64,000 bases of DNA from Antedon mediterranea (Eukaryota; Animalia; Echinodermata): assembly GCF_964355755.1 (NCBI RefSeq), contig NC_092679.1:7098201-7162200 (forward strand), read 5' to 3'. Each line of letters begins with the position of its first letter. The first letter of the stretch is position 1. Positions 1 to 29,078 of the stretch are shown piece after piece. Position numbers and translations under genes: made by a program. The notes under the pieces were generated by a model. The model was not told the origin of the DNA and ran no database searches. It saw only the letters and a list, made by a program, of their open reading frames with translations.

Positions 1-434
1 AGACTCTGGCATTCATTATTAAGTAATAAAAATGATTTTTGATCTGTCAAGGCTGTCCATTAGGCTGTCGTACCATCTTCCTCTCATTTGTTATAGTTTT
101 TGAGGTGTTATTAAGGTTATTATTTGCTAGGTATTAGATTATTAGGAGATTTTACTAACTTAGCTAAGCAGCTTCTCCTAAACGATCATTTCATATGATT
201 ATTGTTTTCACGGTAACCACTGAAGTAGATGCAGTGTACTTCTTATGCTAAGTGAAACGTCCTTAGAATTAAACAATTCTACTATCTATGGGAATACCAC
301 TTAAAGATATATCCTTAAATATTTGTGAAATACTTAATATTTAATGGAATATATCTAACTTAAGTATGATTGGTAAATGCTAAGCAAGTTCTAATAAACT
401 TGTTTTTCCCATGATTGACTAAAAAGTAAAGCAA

Positions 435-3400
435 CATATTCATTTTCATATTCATATTCATTTATTATCCAGAAAAAATAATACAAAAACAATACAAAAA
501 GCATATATAACATAGAACAACAACAAGCAGAGAAAAAGCGCAGAACACTATCCTGGCGGATTGTCAAAAAGCAAAAAATATCGCTATAAAAGACTCTCCT
601 GATAGTGCTGGTGGCAAAATAACATTAACAAGGATAAACATTTAACAACCCGGTAACATAGAATTTATATAAAACAGAATAAAAATTGCAATCATTATAA
701 ATAAACATGTCTGTTATATATACCGGAATCTCATCCCACATCCGTGGAAATGAAATAAAAACAGAATAAAAAAAAGCATTAGTACGAGACTTCTCATGTC
801 TGAAAACAAGTTTCTCACTTCTACGTTCAACAGGTTTAGGTAGCAAAGCACCATCAATTAGGAAATCTGTACAGAGGCACTTCACAACAAATTTAACACG
901 GATGAATTTAAGTCTATTATAAATCGTGGGTAATTTTAGAGTCCGTAACCTTTGTTCGTATGACGGCCGCATGTCATAATCCATGTGAAAAAAACGTGGG
1001 AAGCATGATCGTGTAAAGCGTCTCTGAACAGATTCAATCTGATTGATGGTGCTTTGCAGAAATGGAAACCAGACAGGTGAAGCGTATTCAATTACAGGCC
1101 TAATGATAGACTTAAATAATTTAGGAAAAACGGTCTGATCATTGGTTCTAACACACCTCTTAATAAATCCTACAAGTTTATTGCATTTACCAGTAGTCAG
1201 AGAGATGTGTTTATTCCACTTCAAATCTGAAGACAAGGTAACACCAAGATACTTGTATTCTGTTACACTTTCTAGTACTTTATTATCAATTTCATAATGA
1301 AAATACTGTTTTACTTTCGATCTAGAGATCGACATAACCTTACATTTACTGTTATTTAGAGACATATAATTATCATTGCCCCATAGGGATATGGCAGTTA
1401 GATCGTCTTGAAGCTTCAAACAATCATCTTGATTATTTATTACTCTGAACAACACAGTATCATCTGCATATAATGCAATATTTGAGTTAACTACTGATGG
1501 GAGCTCACATGTATACAAATTAAAAAGAATAGGTCCCAACACGGAACCTTGAGGTACCCCCGATAATACATCTTTCCAATCTGAAAGTGAACCTTTGAAT
1601 AACACTGCTTGGCTACGGTTAATCAGAAAAGATTGTAACCAACTCATGAGCTTACCGGCAAAGCCATATTTTTGTAGCTTATTAATGAGAAGTGAATGAC
1701 AAACCTTGTCAAAAGCCTTGGACCAATCTAAAAACACAGCATCAACTCTTGGCGGTTTGTTTACATCTAAACATTTAGCCCATTGGTGGTAAATTGTGGC
1801 AAGCTGTGTTACACACGATCTTTTGTTACAAAAACCATGTTGTGTGGAAGGCAAAAGGCCAAGTTTATCAGCATGAGAAACCATGTGCTTTCCAATAAAG
1901 CGCTCAAGCATTTTCCCGACCACTGACGTCAGGGAGATGGGGCGATAGTTTACAACATTGTCACCAGGGCCTGATTTATGTATTGGTACAACATGGGCTA
2001 CTTTCCAGTCAGCTGGGACTTTACCGGTTTTAATTGAGATATTAAATATCTCAGTCAAGACACCAATGATTGTGAAAGATGACAGTTTAAGCATTTTAGG
2101 GGAGATACCGTCAGGCCCTGGGGATTTATTCCCATCTAATGAAGAAATCAGACATTTAACATCTGCTTCATTGATCAGCAGATCAGAAAGAGGAGGATCA
2201 ACCAATGAAGATATCATCTGGTTATTATTGGGTACAGGTTTAGAAAAGTTACTATGAAAAAATGTATTAAATTTATTAGCAATTAAACTAGGATCATCTG
2301 TTGTGATGTTATCAAACTTAAAACTTGTTGGAAAACATTTATGTCTTTTAGCATTAACGAACGCCCAAAAAGGTTTTTGGTCTTTTGAGTTTGTTGCTAA
2401 TTGTTTTACATATTCATAGTAACTCTTTTTACACATATATTTTACATTATTTCTAATTACCTTATACCTGTCCCATAGATTAACATTTTCTGGCTTAGAT
2501 TTAGCCTTTTTATAGGCTCTTTTCTTTTTTCGACTTAACCTGACAACCTCTTGTGATATCCACGGAGGTCTTTTTTTAACACTACCTTTGCCTTTAGGTA
2601 CGATCTTATTAAACACTTTCAAGAGCATATCCCTAAAATTTTTCCAGGATGTATCAACATCATTTACAACTAGACACGAATTCCAATCTGCAGATTCTAA
2701 TTCTTCGTGTAATAGGTTAGGGTTAAGTTTTGAGTACAGAAATTTTGATCTATTTGGTAGTTTTCGAAAACCAGTTAACTTTACATTCATATTAAATTTC
2801 ACACCCACATGGTCACTTTTACCCAGGCCTTCAATTTGTTCAATATTGAACAACTCAGGCCTATTGCTAAAAATTAAGTCCAAGGTGTTGCCTTCAACAG
2901 TATTGTTAGCTATTCTTGTATGAAAATTAACCATTTGTACAAAATCAAGCGAGTCCATGGAGTCAAAAATAAGATGTTCGAAGTTATTTACAAGGTATTG
3001 TCTTTGGTGACGAATATTAAAATCCCCTAAAAGAATGATGGCTTTGTAGTGATGACTATTATCTAGTACTTCTTCCATGGCATTTAAAAAGTGTTGTGTG
3101 TACAGCATAGGTGCATTTGGTGGGCGATAGAAGCATCCGATCAAGATCTTACCAAGCTTACATGTAATCTCAGCCCATACAATTTCCAGGTTGTTGTGTT
3201 TAAACGCAGTTGTTGTTGGTTTACACGCATCACTGATGACCAGCATCACTCCACCACCATGCCTATTTCGATCGTTCCTGAATATCTGGTAACCACTCTC
3301 TATAATTATTTCTGCATCATTGATTTCATTGCCGAGCCACGTTTCTGTAATCGCAAGGATGTGAGGTTTTTCTGTATCCACAACAAGCTGCAACTCTGTT

Positions 3401-3888
3401 AATTTATTGCAGACACTTCTGGCGTTATACAGCAGTCCAGTAAGTTGTTGTGTACTGGGAGAAACCACACTGTTTGAAGACTCACTGCTGCAGGTACCAG
3501 CTGATCCATCAAAAAACGAAGCATTATGTGGAAGGACACATTTCAGACAAATCCATTCTTTTCTTGATGAAATAATATCATTAAAGTCAATATCTGTCAC
3601 TCCCTGGCAACGCTGATGATATTCATTGAGACAGCTGGAACATAAAATAAGCGGGGTGTTCTCAATATGTTTGTAACAATAACGACATCCTACATCCATC
3701 GTAGTATTCATGCACGTCAACTGGCTAGGCCCAGAGAAGGGCAAGGAGAAGAATGGGTATGAGGCTTCTATTCCCTGGTGTATATCATGGGTCGACACCG
3801 TTGCCACAGAGGCTATGCCTAGCCTAGGCCTAGGTATAGTCCAGAAAAATAATATAAAAAGCTGGAAATATCCACAGATATCCATCAA
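435..3888 (-). mobile_element. Non-LTR retrotransposon (CR1/L2-group LINE) with an intact ORF
   Basis: Uninterrupted ORF at 625-3888; minus-strand AATAAA (461-466) followed by a (TGAATA)n-like microsatellite tail (435-460), typical of CR1/L2 3' ends. The 5' boundary is not resolved. Confidence 0.9.
625..3888 (-). CDS. LINE polyprotein: PHD finger + apurinic-like endonuclease + reverse transcriptase
   Basis: C4HC3 PHD (CRYC..CSSC...H..C...W.C..C); APE motifs YNARS, ITETWL, YRPP, GDFN, LDL, SDH; RT motifs GPDG, YRPISL, QHGF, LDWSKAFD, GVPQGSVLGP, YADD, YLGV. The true start may be a later Met (MNTTMDVG). Confidence 0.93.
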   Translation of the reverse strand: MMDICGYFQLFILFFWTIPRPRLGIASVATVSTHDIHQGIEASYPFFSLPFSGPSQLTCMNTTMDVGCRYCYKHIENTPLILCSSCLNEYHQRCQGVTDIDFNDIISSRKEWICLKCVLPHNASFFDGSAGTCSSESSNSVVSPSTQQLTGLLYNARSVCNKLTELQLVVDTEKPHILAITETWLGNEINDAEIIIESGYQIFRNDRNRHGGGVMLVISDACKPTTTAFKHNNLEIVWAEITCKLGKILIGCFYRPPNAPMLYTQHFLNAMEEVLDNSHHYKAIILLGDFNIRHQRQYLVNNFEHLIFDSMDSLDFVQMVNFHTRIANNTVEGNTLDLIFSNRPELFNIEQIEGLGKSDHVGVKFNMNVKLTGFRKLPNRSKFLYSKLNPNLLHEELESADWNSCLVVNDVDTSWKNFRDMLLKVFNKIVPKGKGSVKKRPPWISQEVVRLSRKKKRAYKKAKSKPENVNLWDRYKVIRNNVKYMCKKSYYEYVKQLATNSKDQKPFWAFVNAKRHKCFPTSFKFDNITTDDPSLIANKFNTFFHSNFSKPVPNNNQMISSLVDPPLSDLLINEADVKCLISSLDGNKSPGPDGISPKMLKLSSFTIIGVLTEIFNISIKTGKVPADWKVAHVVPIHKSGPGDNVVNYRPISLTSVVGKMLERFIGKHMVSHADKLGLLPSTQHGFCNKRSCVTQLATIYHQWAKCLDVNKPPRVDAVFLDWSKAFDKVCHSLLINKLQKYGFAGKLMSWLQSFLINRSQAVLFKGSLSDWKDVLSGVPQGSVLGPILFNLYTCELPSVVNSNIALYADDTVLFRVINNQDDCLKLQDDLTAISLWGNDNYMSLNNSKCKVMSISRSKVKQYFHYEIDNKVLESVTEYKYLGVTLSSDLKWNKHISLTTGKCNKLVGFIKRCVRTNDQTVFPKLFKSIIRPVIEYASPVWFPFLQSTINQIESVQRRFTRSCFPRFFHMDYDMRPSYEQRLRTLKLPTIYNRLKFIRVKFVVKCLCTDFLIDGALLPKPVERRSEKLVFRHEKSRTNAFFYSVFISFPRMWDEIPVYITDMFIYNDCNFYSVLYKFYVTGLLNVYPC

Positions 3889-4859
3889 ACTGTCCTCTTC
3901 TCTTAATTCTCTCTTATCTATAGTACTGTAAACTTAATCATTTAGTTCAGGATTTGTGAGATTTTTGGAGATTTTAAGAATTGTAATCAAGACGATTTTT
4001 AATAACCTACCGGACTCACGAACACCGCCCTCATCACATCTACAAGGAGTATGATTGAACTTGTTACATGAGAAAATCTTTTTTTTATTTTATACCGTGA
4101 TTGTGCAGTAAAGTAAATTGCTGAGATTTGTTTTATCTTGTTGCTTGAAACACTTCGAATATTTTTGCACAGTGAAACAAAATCAATAGGACAGCTCATA
4201 GATAGAATTTGATTTCTACGAAAGGGATCGACTCAAACCAAAAGGGACCAACTCAAATATATCTTGTCACGTAAATCATATGGTATGTCCGTCACGTCCA
4301 TACATAATTTTTAAAATTTAACCTACAGATGAATACTGTACTGTTTAATTTTAATCATTAATTTAAATAATGTGCTTAAAAGAATATTGTCAGGATATAA
4401 TGTTGGTATTGTTATAAAATTGTTAATTTTGTGTCATGTGTACACGTCACTTTTTTACTCCTGGGTGGAATGAATTGACCTAAAACAATATGTTGTCAAC
4501 ATTTAATTGATTGAATAACAATTTGATTATATTTACATTTACATGAGATGGAAGATAATGTTGTTATACTTTTAAAAATGTTATTGGAACATTATTATTA
4601 ATCAAATAGAATATATACCGGTAATAACTAATGTATGCATATTCCGTCAACTTCTTAGTCAAGTTAGTATGAACACTTGTATGATGTGTTGTATTTCATG
4701 ATTGCTTCAATTATTCACAGATAAATTAAAGAATAGTGACTCACTTTAGTCTTCTTCGTATCAAGTTACCTTACCATCAATTAGTTGTACTCATATCTGC
4801 AGGTCATTCTACAACTATTGTAGTATTTATGATATGTGAATTATTTAAAACTGCATTTG

Positions 4860-5240
4860 CTGATAGTAGTTTTAGTAGTTACTGCAGTAATTGTACAGTT
4901 TAACTGCAGTAATTGTACAGTTTAACTGCAGTTGTAATTCTGCTACTGTTTGCTTCTAAATTTCTTAAAATTTAACTGTGACTGTTACTAGAGTAATAAT
5001 TCTTCTACTGCAGTACAGATATTTCTATGATAATCTTACTGTACAGGCATTTGTAATGATTTCTGCAGTAAATTGTACCATAGATTGCTGTACAACAGTA
5101 CCCAAGTGTGATAGGTATGCAATTAGTAGGTTTGCTCAATTTTAGATTGCTAATTTTCTTAAAATTTAACCGTGACCGTAAATTACTACCTGTATAGTAA
5201 ATGTACAGTATGGTAATTCTTCTACTGCAGTACATTTACA
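4860..5240. repeat. Degenerate local duplication rich in ACTGCAGT palindromes
   Basis: The block 'tttcttaaaatttaac.gtgac...ttcttctactgcagtaca' recurs near 4960 and 5155; 'actgcagtaattgtacagttta' occurs twice in tandem. Confidence 0.5.
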
Positions 5241-5284
5241 GGAGATCATTTGTATGCAAGGTATGCAATAGTAGTTCAGCTTAA

Positions 5285-6871
5285 TTAGTTATCCGCATTC
5301 AGCGGATAACTCCTTGTAACTGTCCTGTTTCATCATCTTTTTTTTTTTTTTCTGTATTATTCTTCTTTCTTTCTGTCATTTTTGTGCAGAGCGTATCTCT
5401 AAAACTTGTAAAGTTAACATTTTATAACTTTGTCAACATATGGGCAATCACGTGAAGTTGTGCTTTCCTATATTTGGATGACGTCAGAGTTGCGCAACAT
5501 GACTTATGCGCGTTTTTATGAATTTCGCGTATTTAACATAACTCGAAAACCATATAACAATTTAACTTGAAACTTAGCAAAAGTTTAATTTATATTGTGC
5601 GCTAATTTTTTGTACACTAAAAATGGTATGTTATACACGAAGTTACGCGCGCACGTGCATTTAAAATTTTAAAATGCGAAAAAACAATTTCTAATCAACT
5701 TTCTACGCATTTCATGTCATTTTAAGGATGTCAAAAATTCCCACGCGCCCACAAATTTTTACAAGCGCGGTGCGCATGTAGCGTTAAAAACATATTTTCT
5801 TTGCGTGATTTATGTTTTTCTGGCCTTTTTTTAGTAATTTTACTAACTTTTAAACAATTTTGACTTAAAATCACGTCATATAAGCACGTCGAATTAAATA
5901 ATTTGCGCGCGTTTTTGATGAAAAAGTTCAAAAATTCAGCAAAATTATGCCTTTTTTTAAATAGTCGTAGTTTCTAAACTAAACGGTGAAAGTTATTTTT
6001 ATTACATATTCTGGAAGTTGATGAATTGTAGATATCGAATAATGTATTAATATTGCTAACCGGACATTGTGACGTTGTCGTATGGCCACGCGAATATAAA
6101 ATTTAGGATTTTTGTGTCTTTCGTAATAGGTCATAACATTTAATAGAGCGCATCTCTACTTATCCATTTTCCATTTTCACCCTGATTTTGATATTGTCTA
6201 GGTCAATCGACTATCTTTCGCATGAGTTAAAAATATTTTAATTTTTTTGACGTCATCATGCCTAAAAATTTAAATTACGTGTGGCATTAATTTCATCTTT
6301 ACAGTAAATTTTAATCTGTTATAGCTCGTAAGAATAAAATGTGATAATCACGATTAAAACATTTCCTGGAAGCTATTGGATTGTAGATACAAAACCATGT
6401 GAACATTTTGCCAATCGGATGTTGTGACGTCATCATATGGCCAGTTAAATAAAAAAAGTCGTATTTTCATCTTTTGCGTCATAATTCATTACATTTAAAA
6501 GAGCGCGCATTAATATTTCACGTATTTAAATTTCTTCTACACGTTAATATGTTGTTGCTGAGATAATTTCCTTCCAAAATTTCTATCTTCGCATTTCATT
6601 TTAAAACCGTGAACATGTCAAAAATTGCAATAAATAGCGGGTCTCGTAATTTCACCTATTCTACACTGTATGTGATATGGATACAGATTATACTGTGTAT
6701 ACTATATATGAATCAAATTAATAGAATTCAGCAATAACAACATATCATATTCTTCAGTTCAGGTCATAATGCCATAATCTTTTTTCGTGTGCAATATTCC
6801 AACGTATGACGTGCACGTGGCGTTTGTCGTGCGGATAACTAACTCGTCAAAGTGACGAGTTTCATGTCTAG
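5285..6871 (+). mobile_element. Non-autonomous Helentron/DINE-1-like element, copy 1
   Basis: 5' subTIR TTAGTTATCCGC with an adjacent inverted copy GCGGATAACT; T-rich tract; 3' subTIR GCGGATAACTAA; stem-loop AACTCGTCA-aag-TGACGAGTT; ends CTAG; no ORF. Confidence 0.8.
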
Positions 6872-8462
6872 TTAGTTATCCGCATTTAGCGGATAACTCC
6901 TTGGAACTGTCCTGTGTCTTTTTTTTTTTTTTCATTATTCTTCAGTCTTTCTCCCTCACTTTTTGTGCAGAGCGTATCTCTAAAATGGGTAAACATAACA
7001 TTTCATAACTTTGTCAACATATGGGCATTTACGTGAAGTTGTGCACCTCCTATTTTTGAATGACGTCATAGTTACGCAACGTGACTTACGCGTGATTTTA
7101 TGATTTTTTTAAATTGATCATAGATTTAAAACCAAGCGTAATTTTGTTTTTACATTTTATGAAATTTTAAGTCATATCAAGGGCAGACTGTTTGTGCACA
7201 AAAAATGGCATGTTTTACAAGAAGTTACGCGCGCACGCGCGTTTGAAATTTTAAAATGCGAAAAATTAATTTCTAATCAACTTTCTACGCGTTTCATGTC
7301 ATTTTAAGCATGTAAAAAATTCCCACGCATGCGCAAATTTGTACGTGTGCGGTGCGCACGTAGCATTAAAAACATATATTTTTCGCGTGATTTATGTTTT
7401 TCCAGCCTTTTCTAGTAATTTTACCAACTTTTAAACAATTTCGACTTAAAGTTACGTCATACGAGCACGTCGAATTGGACAATTTGCGCACGTTTTTGAT
7501 GAAAAAGTACAACAATTTGTCAAAATTATGCCTTTTTTTAAACAATCGTAATTTCTAAACTACACGGTCAACTTTTTGTGGATGACATATTCTGGAAGTT
7601 GATGAGTTGTAGATATCGGATCATGTATTAATATGGCTAACCGGACATTTTAACGTCATCGTATGGCCACACGAATATAAAATTGAGGATTTTTGTATCT
7701 TTCGTCATAGCTCATCACATTTAATAGAGCGCATCTCCACTTATACATTTTCCATTTTCACCCCGATTTTGATATTGTCTAGGTCAATCAACTATCTTTC
7801 GCATGAGTTAAAAATATTTTAATTGTTATGACGTCATCGTGCCTAAAAATTTAAATTACATGTGGCATTAATTTCATCTTTACAGTAAATTTTAATCTGT
7901 TATAGCTCGTAAGAATAAAATGTGATAATCACGATTAAAACGTTTTCTGGAAGCGATTGGATTGTAGATACGAAATCATGTAAAAAATTTTCCAATCGGA
8001 TGTTGTGACGTCATCATATGGCCAGTTAAATAAAAAAAGTCGTATTTTAATATTTTGCGTCATAGTTCATCACATTTAAAAGGGTGCGCATCTATATTTT
8101 ACGTTTTCAAATTTCTTCTACACGTTAATATGTTGTTCCTAAGATAATTTCCTTCTGAAATTGCTATCGAAGTGTTTCATTTTGATACCGTCGCCATGTT
8201 AAAAATTTGAATAAATGGCGGGTCCCGTAATTTCACCTATTCTACACTGTATGTAATATGTATACAGATTATGCTGTTTGCATGTATACTATATGACACA
8301 AAATTGACAGAATTCAGCACTAACAGCATATCATATTCTTCAGTTCTTGTCATAATGCCATAATCTTTATCTGTGTGTGAAATATTCCAACGTATGACGT
8401 GCACGTGGCGTTTGTCGTTGTGCGGATAACTAACTCGTCAAAGTGACGAGTTTCATGTCTAG
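6872..8462 (+). mobile_element. Non-autonomous Helentron/DINE-1-like element, copy 2
   Basis: Starts immediately after the CTAG of copy 1 with TTAGTTATCCGC; same 3' subTIR, hairpin and CTAG. Confidence 0.8.
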
Positions 8463-9969
8463 TTCTTCTTTCTTTCTGTCATTTTTGTGCAGAGCGTATC
8501 TCTAAAACGTGTAAAGTTAACATTTTATAACTTTGTCAACATATGGGCAATCACGTGAAGTTGTGCTTTCCTATAATTGAATGACGTCAGAGTTGCGCAA
8601 CATGACTTACGCGCGTTTTTATGAATTTCGCGTATTTAACATAGATCGAAAACCATATAACGATTTAAATTGAAACTTAGCAAAAGTCTAATTTATATTG
8701 TGCGCTAACTTTTTGTGCACTAAAAATGGCATGTTTTACACGAAGTTACGCGCGCACGCGCGTTTAAAATTTTACAATGCGAAAAATCAATTTCTAATCA
8801 ACTTTCTACGTGTTTCATGTCATTTTGAGCATGTCAAAAATTCCCACACGTGCGCAAATTTTTACACGCGTGGTGCACACGTAGCGTTAAAAACGTAATT
8901 TTTTTGAGTGATTTATGTTTTCCCAGCCTTTTCTATTAATTTTACCAACTTTTAAACAATTTCGACTTCAAATTACGTCATACGAGCACGTAGAATATGA
9001 TAATTTGCGCGCTTTTTTGATGAAAAACTTCAAAAATTTGTCAAAATTAAGCCTTTTTTTAAACAATCGTAGTTTCTAAACTAAACGGTAAAAATTATTT
9101 TTTTTACATATTCTGGAAGTTGATGAGTTGTAGATATCAGATCATGCATTAATATGGCTAACCGGACATTGTGACGTCATCGTATGGCCACGCGAATATG
9201 AAATTTAGGATTTTTGTATCTTTCGTCATAACTCCTCACATTTAATAGAGCGCATCTCCACTTATCCGTTTTCCATTTTCACCCCGATTTTGATATTGTC
9301 TAGGTCAATCAACTATATTTAGCATGAGTTAAAATATTTTAATTTTTATGACGTCATCATGCCTAAAAATTTAAATTACGTGTGGCATTAATTTCATCTT
9401 TACAGTAAATTTCAATCTGTTATAGCTCGTAAGAATAAAATGTGATAATCACGATTAAAACGTTTTCTTGAAGCTATTGAATTGTAGATACAAAATCATG
9501 TGAAAATTTTGCCAATCGGATGTGGTGACGTCATCATATGGCCAGTTAAATAAAAAAAGTCGTATTTTCATATTTTGCGTCATAGTTCATTACATTTAAA
9601 AGAGCGCGCATTAATATTTCACGTATTCAAATTTCTTCTACACGTTAATATGCTGTTGCTGAGATAATTTCCTTCTAAAATTGCTACCTTCGCGTTTCAT
9701 TTTAAAACCATCAACATGTTAAAAATTGCAATAAATAGCGGGTCCCGTAATTTCCCCTATTCTACACTGTATGTGATATGTATACAGATTACACTGTTTT
9801 ACTATATGAATCAAAATAATAGAATTCAGCAATAACAACATATCATAGTCTTCAGTTCAGGTCATAATTCCATAATCTTTTTCCGTGTGCAATATTCCAA
9901 CGTATGGCGTGGACGTGGCGTTTGTCGTGCGGATAACTAACTCGTCAAAGTGACGAGTTTCATGTCTAG
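8463..9969 (+). mobile_element. Non-autonomous Helentron/DINE-1-like element, copy 3 (lacks 5' head)
   Basis: Begins at the internal 'ttcttctttctttctgtcatttttgtgcagagcg'; intact 3' subTIR, hairpin and CTAG followed by a T-run. Confidence 0.78.
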
Positions 9970-11469
9970 TTTTAGATTAGTACTTATATAATAATGATGC
10001 CTAAAAGGAACAAATCTGAAGAAGTAGGTCGAATGTCTTTGGTTCAAGTCCTGCAGCATCAAGTATTGATTTCTTTAATTGATCCAATTTGAACTAGTCT
10101 TAGTAATATTTAATATGTCTGTACTGTGTATTAGAGATACACCACCAGATCGATGGATAATTTAGAAACTTTCTGAGATTTTCTGTGATATTAAACTAGA
10201 CATTTCATTTAAATTATATTTCATACATTTAACAACATATCTAAATTAGATATACTGTTTAATAAAATGATATCGATAATAATTAATATTTTTTTCATTG
10301 ACTACTTTATGTCATCATTATGAAAATATGCAAAATATATATTTTTGGTTTAAGATTACCCTCATAGTCCCAAACCCAACCCAAATTAAAAATTCCTCTC
10401 TTCAGTTCCTAATTTCTAATTAGAGGTCTAGGATAAGTTATAGGAAAAAAATCAACTATAAATTCCTAGAAAGTAAAAACATACAAAACTCGTTGAAGGA
10501 TGATTCCCATGCGTCTCCACTCACTTACTATGGATCTAGTTTAAATTAAAAATATCTATCAAAATATCTCCCAATTTACCTCAATCTGAAAATCAGAAGG
10601 TCTCCCAAAACCAAAATTTTCTTAATGTTAAAAAAATGGTCTCAAATTTTTTTTTTTTTTTACCATAATAAAAATAAATTTAGAATACTAGACTTCTGCA
10701 AAACCGGACTTTTACTATCGCATGGAGAAAGGCCATTCCAATGGTGTCCAGTATTAAGAGATTTTATTCTACAAATGGAGTTTGGACTATAATTTTGGTT
10801 ATTTGAGCCTATTCATTTCAATTTTGTCTTAATTTTTTTTACGTACAATGAGAGTCAATAAACATAACGTAGGATAAAGTTGTCTCGCAGCTAATTTATT
10901 TCAAACTAATAACATTCAAATTGAGTCTGTAAATTAATTGTATTAGATCAGATTAAAGAGAAAAACAAATTAAGCTTGTTTAGGGAAATACATTTATGTA
11001 GATTAAACTTTAATAAAATGTGAAAAGTACAGCTTAGAGCTATTTTGTCTGTTGTTCCTTGAGCTTTTCAATGATTCTAGTATCATGTCAGTTTCAAGTT
11101 CTTTTATCTCACCTCTGATGACTTTAATGAATATACACTGTACGAAGGATACAATGATTATGTTGGATTGCAATGCATTGCTAAAAAATAAATTTTTTAC
11201 AAATGATTCATTGTTTCCATGGTGATGGTGCTTTTCATTATGGAATATTGGTTGTTAGTTAGGATGATTATTACATGAACAATGTCTTTTCTATTATCTA
11301 TGTATTCAAAATTATTTGTGTTGTGCATTTTATAGTTTTTTTTTTATTGTACAATTGAAACAAAGACTATTGATTTTTTTAAATATTTATAATAGGTTCC
11401 ATCACGGGTAATAAACACGGCGTCCAAAATAATCGTTCTGATGATATTGAGGACGAGCAACAAACCGCC

Positions 11470-27018
<15,549 letters not shown>

Positions 27019-29078
27019 ACTTTTGATTAATAGACATAATATGGGATTCTGTAGTGTGACACATGTATTATGTTGCACTGTGTAAAACACAATCAAACAA
27101 AATTCAATGAAAACACACATATTCCCAAATAGTCATACTTTTGTAACAATGTACTGTATGTATGTGTAAATTGTTAATTTTTTAATGAAAATATGGTTGA
27201 GATTTGGATTGGTGGGGAATACTTAGTAGGAAGGGGACGGGGAAACCGGGTAAGGAGTAGTATTTTATAAAAGATTTATTTGTGCTTAATTGTAATAAAG
27301 TTTACATTTATTTTGTACTTATACCAATAAAGAGTACTAGTGGCATGCATGATTTTTGTTAGCTAATTACCAACAATCTTGTGATTGGTAGAATTGATAT
27401 GAATATTCTGGCAACCAATTTTCATAAAAATGTGTTGTGTAAGAATATTGTTGTAGACGTGGTACACATATTTGATAAAGGTATTTTCATAAATGTAGTT
27501 CAAATAACAGTTAAAATTAGAATGTGCAATAGTCATTAAAAGAAATATATAAACAATTAAAACAAATGTATATATAACAATATGTAACAAAAATGTATTT
27601 ACCTGTAATATTTAGTGTATGAATGAGAGGAATCTGATGATTATGAAAAACATTAAAATGATTCAAGATTCTGTGTCATTATCAGAGATACAGTAACATC
27701 TCCATAATTTACAGAATTATGTATGTATATAAATCCAAGTCAAGTCCCAGTTAACACATATATCCCAGTAATTCATTTATTTGCACCGTTTTGTGCTTAT
27801 ATTTAAATTATTGTAGTCTAGGAGATGTTACTGTAAGTCTATAGACATGTTTTATGGAGTGGTGAGCCCCTGCATCTAATGAATCCTGTCTATAATTATG
27901 CTAGCCTGATTAATAATTGTATTTTGATTAAACAAATTATTACCCAAGTATTATCATTTATATTATCTGTTAACTAACTATATTTTTCAAGGAGTAAAAA
28001 TTATGAGTAAAACCAGTGTAGACGATGAACAAAAAGTAAAACTTAATGCTATAATGAAAAATGTTACTCAAATTGTATCCAAGGTAACAACTGGTGCTCA
28101 CTTGACCCTATTAAGGGGAATTTTAATTATTTTATTACGTTACAAATTGTAATTATTGTACTGTTTCAATAAACATCTAATTTAGGGAGTGATCACATTT
28201 TTTGCTTGAAAATAAAAACAAAATTAGTATTACATGAGGATGTGTTCTTGAATGTTTCTTAAACGTTTATTCATGTTTTTCTTAACAGGCAGCTAGAACA
28301 AAAAAACAATATACTGTACACTTACTATGGAAGTTTTATTACTTATATAATTCAGAAGCTTTTTTTACATATTTAAGCATTGTGTATAAGGTTTTAAAAT
28401 ATTCTAACTTACATTGATCACTAAAAAATGCATAATTTTCATTTAAAACTTTATTATTTATAATTAATAAGACTATTGGAATATAATACTATACTGCATA
28501 CCTGAACATTTTTTTTAATCTAACTTGTTTTAAAGTTAGGCCATTTTGTGTGAGTTTAAACATGGACATAATGTATAGGTCCATGATTTAAATAACACAG
28601 TAATACTATAGATTACCCTGGTTTAAACTGCCCCTCCATTGGGACACCAACACCTCTAGTAAAGTGGAAACACTACGAACAACCCCTAAATATGTTCTAT
28701 TTATCATAGTAAGGATGCTGAAATAAATTTCTACTGCAGCACAGAAAGTTTAGAGTTTTTCAGCTCAATGCTTTCTTTCATTCAGTTGACTACTCCACGC
28801 ATGGACAATCTATCAAGCTGTCTTACTACCTTAGGTAGGACCAATCACTACAGCTCTAAGTGATGATCATCCATCTTATTCTGGTTCGTCATTCTTATTG
28901 AATTCATACATACATTGTAACAATCGTACATTTGAACAGTCAGGAAAATCAAAACAATGCTTTCTCGCATACTCAAGCAATATGACTGTAATGCACATGC
29001 TCAGTTTATGATTGTTTATCAAATTAATCTTTCAAATCACTGATTTAAACTACGAGATATACTACATTGTTTGCCCTT

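Noticed and set aside
1958-3931. Plus-strand ORFs overlapping the LINE ORF
   Set aside because: Antisense shadows of the RT coding frame with no recognisable motifs.
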